DNA of 64,000 nucleotides from Nitrosomonas sp. GTDB lineage: Bacteria; Pseudomonadota; Gammaproteobacteria; Burkholderiales; Nitrosomonadaceae. The notes under the pieces are model-generated. The model did no database searches and had not been told where the DNA came from. It saw nothing but the letters and a program-made list of their open reading frames with translations. Below are positions 10,631 through 22,139 of the stretch, piece after piece (positions within the stretch are counted from its first letter, which is position 1; each line of letters begins with the position of its first letter). A program made the position numbers and the translations under genes. The stretch covers positions 1,767,485 through 1,831,484 of the forward strand of contig JALDQW010000001.1 in NCBI GenBank assembly GCA_031316255.1, written 5' to 3'.

Positions 10631-12079
10631 TCATGGTTTTGTGTGCAGTTTGTTTTGCATTAGACCGATGCCCACAAAAGCCATGACTATCGAAACGAAC
10701 GGATTCAATATATTCAGCAACGCGTACGGTGCGTATTCCAATGTTGCTATTCCCAGAGTTGCGGCATAAAAAGTGCCTGTGGTTGTCCAGGGTATCAGTG
10801 CTGTGGTCAGTGTCGCGCCTTCTTCCACGGAACGCGACAGCACGGCCTTATCCAAACCTTTTTCATCATAAAAGCCCTTAAATAACTGGCAATTCAGAAT
10901 GATGGAGATATATGCCTCACCCATGGCGATATTACTGGCAAAACCTGCAGCAATGGTTGCCGCGATCAGTGTACTGACGCGTTTGATATGCACGATAATA
11001 TTGACCAGCAAAACGCGCAGAAATCCGGCATGATGCAAAATACCGCCCAATGCCAGCGCCATGATCGACAGCAATAATGTCCATGCCATACTGTACATAC
11101 CGCCGCGTCCAAGTAGTGCATCAATATTTTCAATACCGGTTGTGCCATCGGTATTCAGCCAGAGCGTGTTCAACACATCAACGCCATTTTTTTCCTGGTA
11201 AACAATAGCGATCAGCATTGCGAGCAAAATACTCATGGACATGCTGACTTCCGGAGAATAGCGTTTAACGCTCAGACCAAACATCACAATTAATGGTAAT
11301 AAAGTAATCCATGGATTCAGTAGATAGCCGCCGGCCAATGCAACCCTGATTTCTTCGATATGCGCTCTGGGCAGCATATTTTCGGTGTATTGCATGCCCA
11401 GCAAAACAAACAGACCCAGTACAATCAGGAATGTGGGGGTTGTGGTATAGAGCATGGACTGGATATGACGGTAAAGATTGGTATCCGCGCTCATGGCCGC
11501 AAGATTCGTGGTATCTGATATTGGCGACAATTTGTCGCCAAACGTGGCTCCGGAAATCACCATGCCGGCCACAATTGGCAACGGAATGCCCATTGTTTCG
11601 CCAATCCCCATCAACACGACACCGACAGTACCGACGGTTCCCCATGACGTGCCGGTTGCAACTGACATAAAACTGCATAAAATCAGTCCAACAGGCAGGA
11701 AAATCACGGGATTGAGCAAATCTATACCGTAGTAGAGTAGGCTTGCGACCGTACCACTTTGCATATAACTGGCGATAACCATGCCAATCAGCAAAAAAAT
11801 ATATATCGCGGGCAGGGCCTTATAAATACCTTGACTCATCATCTGCCGGATGGCAATGAACGAATGTCCCAGCCAGGATGCCTGAATGGCGCCCCAGATC
11901 AGCGTGAGAAAAATGATCGCGTGCAAACTTGCTTGAAGTACGAACAGGCCCAGTGAAATCATTGCAAACACACCCAGAAAACAGATCATGGCGTGGATGA
12001 ATGACGGTAAACGCTTATCCGCTAATAGTGCTTCAAGCTGTTTTTCGCTATTTGATATTTTTTGTGGCGTTTGCGTCAT
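10631..12079 (-). CDS. nhaC: NhaC-family antiporter/permease
   Basis: [24 protein letters not shown] and SRSVEEGAT...LIPW motifs; about 12 TM segments. Confidence 0.88.
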   Translation of the reverse strand: MTQTPQKISNSEKQLEALLADKRLPSFIHAMICFLGVFAMISLGLFVLQASLHAIIFLTLIWGAIQASWLGHSFIAIRQMMSQGIYKALPAIYIFLLIGMVIASYMQSGTVASLLYYGIDLLNPVIFLPVGLILCSFMSVATGTSWGTVGTVGVVLMGIGETMGIPLPIVAGMVISGATFGDKLSPISDTTNLAAMSADTNLYRHIQSMLYTTTPTFLIVLGLFVLLGMQYTENMLPRAHIEEIRVALAGGYLLNPWITLLPLIVMFGLSVKRYSPEVSMSMSILLAMLIAIVYQEKNGVDVLNTLWLNTDGTTGIENIDALLGRGGMYSMAWTLLLSIMALALGGILHHAGFLRVLLVNIIVHIKRVSTLIAATIAAGFASNIAMGEAYISIILNCQLFKGFYDEKGLDKAVLSRSVEEGATLTTALIPWTTTGTFYAATLGIATLEYAPYALLNILNPFVSIVMAFVGIGLMQNKLHTKP

Positions 12080-12552
12080 TTATTTTTCTGCTCGTCAAAC
12101 AAGGCGGCATATTCGCCGTAACCCGCCGCTTGCAAGTCATCTTTCGGGATGAATTTCAGAGATGCAGAATTGATGCAGTAGCGCAGTCCCGTAGGTGGTG
12201 GCCCATCATCAAACACATGCCCCAGATGACTGTTCGCATAACGGCTACGCACTTCCGTGCGTTGCATCAATAAGGTATGATCAGGTTTTTGCTGGATAAA
12301 ATGCGAATTGATTGGACGGTAAAAACTTGGCCAACCGGTACCCGAGTCAAATTTATGAATGGATGCGAACAGCGGTTCACCTGAGACGATGTCAACATAA
12401 ATCCCCGTGTCCTTGTTGTTCCAGAACGCATTCTGGAACGGCGGTTCGGTGCCGGCATTCTGGGTAACCTGAAATTGCAAAGCGGTCAGTTTTTCTTTCT
12501 GTTTTAATAAATTTTTCTCGGAAAGCGCATATTGGCGGTTTAAGTCGTTCAT
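12076..12552 (-). CDS. msrB: peptide-methionine (R)-S-oxide reductase
   Basis: [27 protein letters not shown] and RYCINSASL motifs. Confidence 0.97.
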   Translation of the reverse strand: MNDLNRQYALSEKNLLKQKEKLTALQFQVTQNAGTEPPFQNAFWNNKDTGIYVDIVSGEPLFASIHKFDSGTGWPSFYRPINSHFIQQKPDHTLLMQRTEVRSRYANSHLGHVFDDGPPPTGLRYCINSASLKFIPKDDLQAAGYGEYAALFDEQKNK

Positions 12553-12697
12553 GTCGGATTTCTTTTATCGATATAGATTATTTATTGTAAGTGCAATCAA
12601 TTTAATGGCAATATTATGTAATTCGCGTTTCCATTATTATAGTATTCCGGTGTGAGTTGTTGGCTGCGTAACCGTATTTCTATCGTTTTAAATTCAT

Positions 12698-13333
12698 ATG
12701 AATGTAAAAAGTATTCAATTTCTCTTGGCGACGATCTTCAGTCTGGTATTTTTGCTAAAAACAAATATGCTTTTGGCATCTCCAGTATGCGGAGACTTGT
12801 GGCACACGAATGGGCCCCATGATTACAGGGATTCCAACATCAGTGGAACTTTAAAAATGGTGGAGTCGCATCATTTTACTAAAGAAGTCGAACAATTAAT
12901 TTCTGGTTCAACAGGGCTCGTTGGTCAAGATATTGATTTTGTTTTAAAGGTTTTCCCAAACCACCATCGCGCGCTTGATGCCATGAGCAGATTATCATTA
13001 AGAGATAAAAAGCCGCAGCCCCCCGGCGCGAGTTATTCAGCATTATGTTATTTTGACAGGGCTGTTCGCTTTAGGCCGGATGATGCTATGGTGCGCAGCA
13101 TATTCAGCAGTCACTTATTAAAAATCAACAAGCTGGATTTGGCATTGGAACAACTGCAGTTTGCTGCAGAAATTGAACCAGGCAATCCAACGACAAGCTA
13201 TAACTTGGGCTTACTTTATTTCAAGAAGAAAGACTACGATAAAGCACTGCTTTATGCAAAAAAAGCCTATGAACGGGGCTTTCCATTGCAAGGACTCAGG
13301 AATCAATTAAAAAGAATTAACAAATGGCATTAG
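12698..13333 (+). CDS. exported tetratricopeptide-repeat protein
   Basis: Signal peptide; FPNHHRAL; C-terminal TPR (YNLGLLYFKKKDYDKALLYAKKAY). Confidence 0.8.
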   Translation: MNVKSIQFLLATIFSLVFLLKTNMLLASPVCGDLWHTNGPHDYRDSNISGTLKMVESHHFTKEVEQLISGSTGLVGQDIDFVLKVFPNHHRALDAMSRLSLRDKKPQPPGASYSALCYFDRAVRFRPDDAMVRSIFSSHLLKINKLDLALEQLQFAAEIEPGNPTTSYNLGLLYFKKKDYDKALLYAKKAYERGFPLQGLRNQLKRINKWH

Positions 13334-13509
13334 CATTTGCCGTTTGTAAATTGGCGTTGCGCCACAGTTTAGGAGATTAGCGCGTCCATTTCGATAGAAA
13401 GCGACGTTGTTCCGAGTGATTTGATCGTTTTATTTTTTAGATTTTTTACTTGAATCCACAACATACTGATTTACATGATTCCGAAAAAATAGCTTATCTG
13501 TAAATTAAC

Positions 13510-15096
13510 ATGATTTACACCCAGAAAAGCCCCGCTCTTTTAATCATTGGTCTTTCAATGCTCGCAATCTGGTATTCTGCGGACACCGGTTTATTGAACC
13601 CGCTACTGGAATATCTTGCCTCCGGCAAGGCGTATCAATACCTTGATGAACTCAACACGTTGCCTTTATACTTCGGAACAGTTGCTGTCCTTACAGGATG
13701 TTGGCATTGGCTCGGTTCGCATAAAGAAGGTCATTTGGACTATTACTCGTCCACAATTGCCGGAGGAATGCTGATTCTTTTCATTACCATGCTGATACGC
13801 TGGTTTATTGCGCCACAGATCGCGGTAATTAGTGTTAACTACGGCGAAATTGGCGGCACCGGAAAATATATACACGAATTGTTCGGACTCAACTATGTCG
13901 TTCTAGGCATTGTTACCGGCATCATCATTGTCAATGTTTTCAAAATTCCGGAATGGGCAAAGAACGGCATACGTTTATCCCGTCTTGGACTCAAAACAGG
14001 CGTCATTCTTCTCGGTGCACTCTACAGCGCGGCTGAGTTGAAAAACCTTGGCGGTCTTTCCATTGTCATGATCGGTTTTTTTGTACTGGGATCAGTTGGC
14101 ATTGTTTTATGGATAGGATCACGGCGCAATATTTCCAATTCAATGGGCGGGGTTTTATCGGCAGGCATGGGCGTATGCGGGGTATCTGCAACAGTCGCTG
14201 TAGCCCCTGTCGTACAAGCCAAACCGGTAGAAATCGCGTATACGATAGGCACCATTTTACTATGGGGCGTTGGATGCATGTTCGTATTCCCGATTATTGG
14301 CCATTTGCTGGATATGAGTTATGTGCAATTCGGCGCATGGGCGGGTACCGGTATCCTGAATTCAGCACAGGTTGCAGGCGCAGCATTGGCATTTCAGCCC
14401 GACGGTATTGAAACTTTAATGGTTGCCGAAATCTTCAATATCACCCGGGTACTGATTCTTCCGGTTGTCGTATTGTGGCTGGCTATCTGGTATGTCAAAA
14501 AAGAAGGCACTGCTTCAACAGCACAGGTAAATGTCGGGCACGTCGTCATCACTAAATTTCCCGTTTTTGTGCTGGGCTTCATCCTGATGTTTGCACTGTC
14601 AACGACAGGAATCTTTGCTCCGGCAAGTCATTATCAGGGCAAGTATTTTGGCAATACGCCAGAGCAGGGATTTGAGATGGAAAATCTCCTGAAACCCGGA
14701 CAAGTCCGGCTGCTCAGTGTACAGATCAGTAATATCGAACAAACCGATGAGCGCAAGGCGCTGGAACGATTAATCGAAAATGGAAAAATCATGTCCATAG
14801 ACGATGATAATGCCGTTCGGCGCATCATTAACGCGAGAATCCTGTCTGATGAAGCCAATGAAATCCTGACTGCCGCACATAAAGCTGTACGGCACACCGC
14901 AAAAAAAATAGAAGCTTTCCGGCAATGGATTACCTGGTTATTTGCATTTGGCCTGGTCGGTCTTGGTATGCAGATTACGGTAAGTGCAATGAAACAGGCC
15001 GGTGGCGAACCCGCCATTATAGGCGGCATAGTGGGGTTTATCAAAGCCGCGTTATCACTGATCGTGGTCATGCTGCTCATTAGTGAAACTGTATAA
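13510..15096 (+). CDS. YeiH / putative sulfate exporter (PSE) family membrane protein, long form
   Basis: LKTGVILLG, GMGVCGVSATVA, FGAWAGTGI..SAQV and KFPVFVLGF motifs; ~100-aa hydrophilic insert before the last helices. Confidence 0.85.
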   Translation: MIYTQKSPALLIIGLSMLAIWYSADTGLLNPLLEYLASGKAYQYLDELNTLPLYFGTVAVLTGCWHWLGSHKEGHLDYYSSTIAGGMLILFITMLIRWFIAPQIAVISVNYGEIGGTGKYIHELFGLNYVVLGIVTGIIIVNVFKIPEWAKNGIRLSRLGLKTGVILLGALYSAAELKNLGGLSIVMIGFFVLGSVGIVLWIGSRRNISNSMGGVLSAGMGVCGVSATVAVAPVVQAKPVEIAYTIGTILLWGVGCMFVFPIIGHLLDMSYVQFGAWAGTGILNSAQVAGAALAFQPDGIETLMVAEIFNITRVLILPVVVLWLAIWYVKKEGTASTAQVNVGHVVITKFPVFVLGFILMFALSTTGIFAPASHYQGKYFGNTPEQGFEMENLLKPGQVRLLSVQISNIEQTDERKALERLIENGKIMSIDDDNAVRRIINARILSDEANEILTAAHKAVRHTAKKIEAFRQWITWLFAFGLVGLGMQITVSAMKQAGGEPAIIGGIVGFIKAALSLIVVMLLISETV

Positions 15097-15118
15097 CAAT
15101 ATACATTTAAGGCGTACC

Positions 15119-15250
15119 ATGCAAAACAAGGAAATTAAAACCTTTGAACGTGGGTCGGCATTATCCATTTTTGGCAGCGATCGCAAGGAAGATGCCGTCG
15201 CGCTCATTCTGGCATTTATTCTGGCTATGGCGATCTACTTCTTCTATTGA
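15119..15250 (+). CDS. small single-pass membrane protein (43 aa), not in the ORF track
   Basis: MQNKEIKTFERGSALSIFGSDRKEDAVALILAFILAMAIYFFY; fills the gap between yeiH and USP; upstream AAGG. Confidence 0.65.
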   Translation: MQNKEIKTFERGSALSIFGSDRKEDAVALILAFILAMAIYFFY

Positions 15251-15262
15251 GGCTCACGCGCC

Positions 15263-15796
15263 TTGGCATCAGAATCCGCGGACTGCAATCCTTTCAAACA
15301 TATTTTGCTTGCCAGCCATGGCACAACAGGCGCCATGGCTGCTGAAAACATGGCCTTGCACGTTTGTGCGAAAGCGGGAACAATCGACCATCTTATCGTT
15401 GTCCCCGAATTCTGGCAGCATATGACAGGCGATGACTGGCTTAATAACGGCGCAACCCGTGATCAGTTTCGCGCATATCTGCAAACAGAGCTGGAACAGG
15501 AAGTCGATCAACAGTGCGACCGCTTGAACCAAAAGGTCGCTGCGCAAGCGTTAAACTATAATCGGGTTATTCTGTTTGGAAAACCGGATGATGCCCTGCT
15601 GCATTATTTAACACAACAAACATACGATCTGCTTGTCATCGGTTCGCCACGTCCTGGCAAAATACCCGGCTTGTCCGGATTGCGTTCCACTATGCTGACA
15701 AAAAAAATAATGCACGTCACACGCACCGCTGTGTTGATCGTGCCGTACCCAAAAGAAGGCGGTGTAACACATGCCAGTACCGAAAAAACCGGTTAG
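15263..15796 (+). CDS. universal stress protein (USP) family
   Basis: FKHILLASHGT, DLLVIGS, and C-terminal AVLIVP, typical of USP. Confidence 0.85.
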   Translation: MASESADCNPFKHILLASHGTTGAMAAENMALHVCAKAGTIDHLIVVPEFWQHMTGDDWLNNGATRDQFRAYLQTELEQEVDQQCDRLNQKVAAQALNYNRVILFGKPDDALLHYLTQQTYDLLVIGSPRPGKIPGLSGLRSTMLTKKIMHVTRTAVLIVPYPKEGGVTHASTEKTG

Positions 15797-16442
15797 ACTC
15801 AACACCATAGGCACATCAAATAAAGCGGACAACCAGGACGCCGCCTGGGCTATTGTCCAAACCCCACTGAACGCAACAGAACTCAAACTGTTTTGTCAGG
15901 ATATTGAACGGATGTTTCGCATCAATCCCATGCTCAATTTCAGGGAGTGGCAACAAATAGGCGCCAACCGGTATTACTTCAGGGGGCAAAATATCAGCCA
16001 GCAACCACCGTTTGAATTTGAACTGACTTTTACCACCCAACAATTAGCGGAAGGTATTCAGATTGATTACGCGCAAGGCCTGAAAAACCGTACAACTTTT
16101 ATGATTGAATCGATGTCCAACCCATACGATGAATCTTTTAAAAATCAGTCAAAATTAACTATTACTGATTTTTATAATGGCATACCCGAGATCGAACGCA
16201 AACAACAATTGCATCGTGTGGACAAGAGTATCACCGTCTGGGCAAATGATATACAACGCTATTTGATCAACTGGCAGAAATGGTCACGCTTCGGGTTATG
16301 GCGCTGGTATATGCGTTATCTGTGGCAACCCATGAAACCGATGGGGCGCCGTATAACTGCAATCCTGTTCTGGGTGGCTTTCTTTGAGCTGGCCCTGATC
16401 ATGCTGGGAGCGGTTGTTTATTTTTTGGAATATACTGTATAA
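15771..16442 (+). CDS. hypothetical protein with a C-terminal TM anchor
   Basis: 223-aa ORF overlapping the USP gene; C-terminal ILFWVAFFELALIMLGAVVYF. Confidence 0.75.
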   Translation: MPVPKKPVRLNTIGTSNKADNQDAAWAIVQTPLNATELKLFCQDIERMFRINPMLNFREWQQIGANRYYFRGQNISQQPPFEFELTFTTQQLAEGIQIDYAQGLKNRTTFMIESMSNPYDESFKNQSKLTITDFYNGIPEIERKQQLHRVDKSITVWANDIQRYLINWQKWSRFGLWRWYMRYLWQPMKPMGRRITAILFWVAFFELALIMLGAVVYFLEYTV

Positions 16443-16483
16443 AGCATTCAATCGACAGATAGTATCTCAACGAGGAAATGATC

Positions 16484-16654
16484 ATGAATGATAAGCTAAA
16501 GCCGGTCGATCCGGAAACTGTTGCCTGCGAAGTTTGCTTGAAAGAAATTCCGGCTTCAGAAGCCAAGAGTGGGGAGGGCAGCGATTATGTGCTGCACTAT
16601 TGCAGCCTTGAATGCTTTGCGAAATGGGAGGCACAAAACGAGAAAAAGGATTAG
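16484..16654 (+). CDS. DUF3330-like small Cys-rich protein (56 aa), not in the ORF track
   Basis: MNDKLKPVDPETVACEVCLKEIPASEAKSGEGSDYVLHYCSLECFAKWEAQNEKKD; CxxC...CxxxC; RBS GAGGA. Confidence 0.8.
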   Translation: MNDKLKPVDPETVACEVCLKEIPASEAKSGEGSDYVLHYCSLECFAKWEAQNEKKD

Positions 16655-16672
16655 CAGGTTTTTCCAGCAACA

Positions 16673-17059
16673 CTATTCAGTTGGTTGTTGTTCAAGCTGG
16701 TTAATTTGATCCATAAGCAGTTGCCGTTCTTCCTCCAGCGCCCGAAAACGCGAATAAAGCTGGTCCAAATCGGCAGTATATTGCTCAATACGATTTTTTC
16801 TTTCCTGTTGACGTTGAATCATATCTTCATATTTTGGAATGGGTGTACTCTCAGCAGTTGCACCGGGAAGATCGGCGAGTGGAGAGCCCAGTACTTCATT
16901 GCGGCGTAATTCCTGGATCATGAGGAACTGCTGGTGCGTTGCCTGAGCGTCCTGTTGAACACGCATTAGCGCTTTTTCCAGTTGAATAATTTGCTGCTCG
17001 CTTTCAGCCCATCCATTGTGAGACGATATCAGTAACAACAATAACACAAGTAATTTCAC
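16673..17059 (-). CDS. exported coiled-coil hypothetical protein
   Basis: GTG start after a GGAGG RBS; signal peptide KLLVLLLLLISSHNGWA; Q/E-rich heptads. Confidence 0.75.
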   Translation of the reverse strand: MKLLVLLLLLISSHNGWAESEQQIIQLEKALMRVQQDAQATHQQFLMIQELRRNEVLGSPLADLPGATAESTPIPKYEDMIQRQQERKNRIEQYTADLDQLYSRFRALEEERQLLMDQINQLEQQPTE

Positions 17060-17080
17060 CGTCTTGACCTCCATTATTTG

Positions 17081-18259
17081 TTATAAGCGTTCGAATACTG
17101 CGGCAATACCCTGACCGCCGCCTATGCACATCGTTACCAGCGCATACCGCCCACCTGTGCGATGCAGTTCATAAATTGCTTTGATCGTCAATATTGTACC
17201 GGTAGCACCGATCGGATGCCCAAGTGCAACTGCTCCGCCGTTAGGGTTTGTTCTGGCCGAATCGAAGTGCAATTCTTTTGCTACCGCACAAGCCTGTACG
17301 GCAAACGCCTCGTTCGATTCAACCACATCAATATCGTTTATATTAATGCATGCACGTTCAAGTGCTTTCTGCACTGCCGGAACTGGCCCCATACCCATAA
17401 ATTGTGGATCCACACCGGCGTGACCGTAAGAAACCAGACGCGCTACTGGGTTCATATTACGCTTCTCAGCCATTTTTCCATCCATTAAAACAATCGCAGC
17501 AGCACAGTCGTTAATACCTGACGCATTACCTGCGGTAACTGTACCGCCCTTCTGGAATACAGCATTCAGTCTGGACAATGCTTCCATAGTGACATTCTCG
17601 CGCGGATGTTCGTCGGTATCGAAAATGAATTCTCCTTTACGGGTCTTAATTTCAACAGGCAATATTTGATCTTTAAAATAACCCTGATGAATCGCGTGAA
17701 TGGCGCGACGGTGGCTTTCAACAGCATACGCATCCTGTTCTTCACGGTTAATCTGCCATTTCTGTGCAATATTTTCTGCGGTTACTCCCATATGCACATA
17801 TTCAAAAGGGTCTGTCAATGCGCCCACCATCATGTCGACTGTGCCGCCGTCTTGCATGCGCTGCCCCCAGCGCAGTGAAGGTAACAGATAGCCGCCCCGG
17901 CTCATGGATTCAGCGCCGCCGGCGACGGCAACATCGGTATCGTTGAGCAGGATATACTGGCTCGCTGAAATAATGGCCTGCAAGCCGCTGCCACACAAGC
18001 GATTTACAGTAAGTGCCGCGGTATGCTGGGGCAGTCCGCCATTCATGCAGGCAACACGCGCCAAATACATGTCCCGCGTTTCGCCGTGAATGACATTGCC
18101 AAAGACTCCATGGCCGATTTCGTCAGGATCGGCTGCAGACCGCCTGACGGCTTCATTGACAACCTTCGCGGCGAGATCTGCCGGCGCGTAATCCTTCAGT
18201 GCGCCGCCATAATCGCCGATTGCAGTCCGTACACCACTGAGAACAACTACTTCACGCAT
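17081..18259 (-). CDS. bktB: acetyl-CoA C-acyltransferase (beta-ketothiolase, BktB-like)
   Basis: VNRLCGSGLQA, NEAFA, GHPIGATG and CIGGGQG thiolase motifs. Confidence 0.9.
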   Translation of the reverse strand: MREVVVLSGVRTAIGDYGGALKDYAPADLAAKVVNEAVRRSAADPDEIGHGVFGNVIHGETRDMYLARVACMNGGLPQHTAALTVNRLCGSGLQAIISASQYILLNDTDVAVAGGAESMSRGGYLLPSLRWGQRMQDGGTVDMMVGALTDPFEYVHMGVTAENIAQKWQINREEQDAYAVESHRRAIHAIHQGYFKDQILPVEIKTRKGEFIFDTDEHPRENVTMEALSRLNAVFQKGGTVTAGNASGINDCAAAIVLMDGKMAEKRNMNPVARLVSYGHAGVDPQFMGMGPVPAVQKALERACININDIDVVESNEAFAVQACAVAKELHFDSARTNPNGGAVALGHPIGATGTILTIKAIYELHRTGGRYALVTMCIGGGQGIAAVFERL

Positions 18260-18371
18260 GCAATTCCTCTATTCGTTCCGTCTACTGGATATTCAGTCTA
18301 TGTTTCTGACGAGTATTTATCATAACTGTCCACTTCTTGCCAAAAAATAGACCGTGTATCATATTTCCTGA

Positions 18372-21149
18372 CTACTTCATTTCGTCAATTAACGGTAGAA
18401 GTTCTTTAAACACCTTGTCAGCTTCATGTTGAAGCGTACCCATTAATTTTTGTGCAGTATCCAATTGTTTTTCGGTGGCGCTTGTTTCCATACATTGACA
18501 TAAATAAGCCAACTGCTCCGCGCCGATATTTGCTGCACTGGATTTTAACGTATGTGCAGTCTGTTTAATGGTCTCGGCATCCCTGGTAACAACAGCCTGA
18601 TTCAATTGGGACAAGGTTCGTGGCGCAGATGTTTGAAAAACCGACAAAACATTTTTTAAAAAATACTTATCGTCATTCGTGTCAAGCGCGCTCAATACAG
18701 CCAGCTTTTCTCTGTTAATCACCATACGATCAGCCGTCAAAGATGATTCATGTTCTGCGACAGCAGCACCTTCTGTTTCCACCTGGCCGCCTTTGCCATG
18801 TTGTGGCAGCCATCGTTCCAGTATGGCGCGCAACTGTGCCAATGAAAAAGGTTTCGACAAAAAATCATTCATTCCGACATCAAGGCACCTTTGCCGATCG
18901 TCTGACAATGCATTGGCTGTCAATGCCACGATCGAGAGATTGCCTCGTTCATCCGGCAATTGCCGAATCAACCTGGTCGCTTCATAGCCATCCATAACCG
19001 GCATTTGACAATCCATAAACACCAGATCATAACGCTTATTTTGCACCATTTGATACGCTTCCTGTCCATTGACAGCAAGCGCTATCTGCAAACCCATACT
19101 TTCCAGCATGGCACATGCAACCTGCTGGTTAACCGGGTTATCTTCCGCTAGCAACACTACGCCTTGCAGATTTTTCTCTTCCGACATTTTACACTTTGCT
19201 TGAACAGACAATTGAGCAGGTGTAACGGCTAAAATATTTGCAATTACATTATAAAGATCACTCTGCCGAATGGGTTTTTGGATAAAACGCTCAATATCTA
19301 TTTCCGGACTACTCTCCAGCTTGTCTTCCATCGTTGATGTCAACATCATCAAGCTGGGCCGGCTAAATTGGGCATCCGATTGAATGGCACGCGCCAATTC
19401 CAGTCCATCCATGCCCGGCATATGCATGTCCAGAATGGCCAGACGGAAAAATATGTGATCCTTGGCAGCCTGTTTCATAATATGCAGTGCTTCCGCTCCG
19501 CCGGGGGCGCAGTAGACTTGCATGTTCCAGCTCGCCAGTTGATTGACCAGAATTTCCCGATTGGTTCGGTTATCGTCAACTACGAGTACGTATACATCTT
19601 TGAAGAGTTGACTATCAGCAATATTGACCACAGGTTTATGGGCTTTGTCTAATTCCAGTTCAACATAGAAACGCGAGCCTTTTCCTGGCACGCTGTCTAC
19701 CCAGATTTGACCATGCATTAATTCAACGAGCAGTTTGCATATCGCCAGGCCAAGACCTGTTCCGCCATATTGGCGCGTTGTTCTGGCATCTGCTTGTGAA
19801 AAATGCTCAAAGATTTTTTTTATCGCATGAGGCTCAATACCAATACCGGTATCTTCTATACATAATCGAATCTTTAATTGTTTTTCTGTTTCTCCCGCAA
19901 TCGCCGTTCGTACAACGACTTCCCCCTTTTGGGTAAATTTGATTGCATTATTGATAAGATTAATGATGATCTGTCTCAATCTGAACGGATCGCCGCGCAA
20001 ATTCATTGGTGTGTTTGGCGGCAAAAATTGTACTGCCAGCTCCAGATTCTTGTCTTTAGCTTGCTGCGCGAACATTGCCACAGCTTCTTCAACAAGGCCC
20101 ACAAGATCAAAATCGGTTGATTCCAACAGCATATAACCCGACTCGAATTTTGAAAAATCAAGAATGTCATTAATCACGCCAAGCAAATGATGGCCGGATA
20201 ACTGTACGGACTCAGCCCATACCCTTTGTTGCGGATTTAAATTGCTGTTTAACAACAGTTCATTCATTCCAAGTACGCCATTCAACGGCGTGCGGATTTC
20301 ATGGCTCATGGTTGCAAGAAACTCACTTTTTGCAGAACTGGCCGCCTCGGCGGCTTCCTTGGCTGTGAGCAGCTCCGCCGTCCTTGCCGCAACCTCAATT
20401 TCGAGCAGTTCCCTTTGTCCAGCCAGGCGTTTTTCGCGGTGACCAATTTGTTCCAGCATATGGTTAAATCCATTGGCCAGCGTATTCAGTTCCACGATGC
20501 AACTTTGATCGGCGCGGATATTAAAATCGGTTTTATCGGAAACCTGTGTAATCAAGTTACTTAATTTGGTTAATGGAATCAAGACAGCCGTATTTAACCG
20601 GTACAACAGTATATGGCTGATCGTCATGGCAACTACTGCGGTAATAAAAATAATAAACGCAAGCCACGCAGTTTGCCAGTAAATCGCGGACAAGCTCGTA
20701 ACCAAATAAAAGTAACCATATTTTTCCTGCTGGAAAAGAATGGGTTGCACCAACTTAATATGATGCAGGGTGATTTCCAGATTCCGAGCAGGCAAGTTAA
20801 ACGTATCGGGAGACAGAGTCCGTCTGGTTTGAAAGCTGGCAAATCTCCGATGTTCCTGTGTAAATACAATCGCGACAGATACATCATCTGAGCTTGCCAA
20901 TGAATTGAGTAATTCCTGAGCTGATCCTGAATCATCGAACACCAGTGAGGCGGCCAAATTTTCAGCAAAAGCGGTTGCCCTGGATTCGTTCGAATTGATC
21001 AAAGATAATAGACTGAGCGTAAAATTGCCAATAACAAGCACGAACGCAACGATAATCAGCGTAATGCCTAACGTCATTCGGGCAATACGCAATAAACGCG
21101 CATTCAACGTTGACTGAGCAATTTTTTTTGAATTATTTTCGTTGTTCAT
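18372..21149 (-). CDS. hybrid sensor histidine kinase (YfiN-like periplasmic sensor-HAMP-HisKA-HATPase-REC-REC-HPt)
   Basis: AASLVFDD sensor motif, [29 protein letters not shown] and [13 protein letters not shown]. Confidence 0.93.
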   Translation of the reverse strand: MNNENNSKKIAQSTLNARLLRIARMTLGITLIIVAFVLVIGNFTLSLLSLINSNESRATAFAENLAASLVFDDSGSAQELLNSLASSDDVSVAIVFTQEHRRFASFQTRRTLSPDTFNLPARNLEITLHHIKLVQPILFQQEKYGYFYLVTSLSAIYWQTAWLAFIIFITAVVAMTISHILLYRLNTAVLIPLTKLSNLITQVSDKTDFNIRADQSCIVELNTLANGFNHMLEQIGHREKRLAGQRELLEIEVAARTAELLTAKEAAEAASSAKSEFLATMSHEIRTPLNGVLGMNELLLNSNLNPQQRVWAESVQLSGHHLLGVINDILDFSKFESGYMLLESTDFDLVGLVEEAVAMFAQQAKDKNLELAVQFLPPNTPMNLRGDPFRLRQIIINLINNAIKFTQKGEVVVRTAIAGETEKQLKIRLCIEDTGIGIEPHAIKKIFEHFSQADARTTRQYGGTGLGLAICKLLVELMHGQIWVDSVPGKGSRFYVELELDKAHKPVVNIADSQLFKDVYVLVVDDNRTNREILVNQLASWNMQVYCAPGGAEALHIMKQAAKDHIFFRLAILDMHMPGMDGLELARAIQSDAQFSRPSLMMLTSTMEDKLESSPEIDIERFIQKPIRQSDLYNVIANILAVTPAQLSVQAKCKMSEEKNLQGVVLLAEDNPVNQQVACAMLESMGLQIALAVNGQEAYQMVQNKRYDLVFMDCQMPVMDGYEATRLIRQLPDERGNLSIVALTANALSDDRQRCLDVGMNDFLSKPFSLAQLRAILERWLPQHGKGGQVETEGAAVAEHESSLTADRMVINREKLAVLSALDTNDDKYFLKNVLSVFQTSAPRTLSQLNQAVVTRDAETIKQTAHTLKSSAANIGAEQLAYLCQCMETSATEKQLDTAQKLMGTLQHEADKVFKELLPLIDEMK

Positions 21150-21673
21150 TGGTATACCCGGGCTGCCAAACGGAGCAGTCTGGCGCTCAGCATCAGGCCA
21201 GCATTTCGCGCACTCTTTTGGTTAGCTTCAAAAAATAACTTTTCATGCGCAATTCTCATATTCAGCATAATTCCACGATCAATTGCGCTTTCCGTATCGG
21301 CAATAGTCAGTACCGGGTTGTCGTTGAGTTTCTGAAGAATTTCCGGTAAATATTTGATCGCGTCACTGGATACGAAGACCGCTTCACAATCCAGAAAATC
21401 ATCGGATAGTGCTTTGAATTTTACGGCAACTTGAAATTGATTCACATGACGCCCATCCAGTGAATCAATTTCATCACCAAAAGGATGATTGCCTATCAGA
21501 CAAAGATTGACATCGGAACCAAGATCATTCGGCCATTCGGTATAGGCAATAAAATTGTATACAAAAGCGGCTTTTAAACGGTATTCCGGCAGCGATTCGC
21601 CATTGATGTTCTGACTGAGAAAGACGACGCCCAGAATCATCAGTATCCGCAAAATATTTGCCACTTTTATCAT
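21146..21673 (-). CDS. YfiR family (DUF4154) periplasmic protein
   Basis: [32 protein letters not shown] and LSARLLRLA; stop overlaps the kinase start (ATGA). Confidence 0.9.
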   Translation of the reverse strand: MIKVANILRILMILGVVFLSQNINGESLPEYRLKAAFVYNFIAYTEWPNDLGSDVNLCLIGNHPFGDEIDSLDGRHVNQFQVAVKFKALSDDFLDCEAVFVSSDAIKYLPEILQKLNDNPVLTIADTESAIDRGIMLNMRIAHEKLFFEANQKSARNAGLMLSARLLRLAARVYQ

Positions 21674-22139
21674 GCTTAATGATGGATGATGAAAGAGAAA
21701 TGCATCACTATTCTGAACGAATCACAATATTTTTTACTGCGCTTATAAATTAAGTGTCAGTAGTCCTTACGTTACACCAAATCCACTTGGATATTAATTT
21801 CACACGGCAAATACTATCATATTAATGATAGCCAATAACACTTGATCTTCTGCGATTTTATAAAAGCAAATAGCTGTAGTGCAGACGAACACATTTTGTA
21901 ATTGCAAACACATTAGACGTTTGGATCAACTATTGACGGAAGCAGTTTTAGAAAACCAGCTGACACGCAGTCGAACCTTTACGGTCGGAACAACAAGCAC
22001 TATTTTTATATTGGTTAATATAAAAATATCATTTACAATCATGGACAACTCGTTATAGCTCGATCAGAACACAAGATGTTATCGATTAATTCCCATTTTA
22101 ATCAGAAGCAGTAGCTTACCCGACTATAGTTTAATAGTA

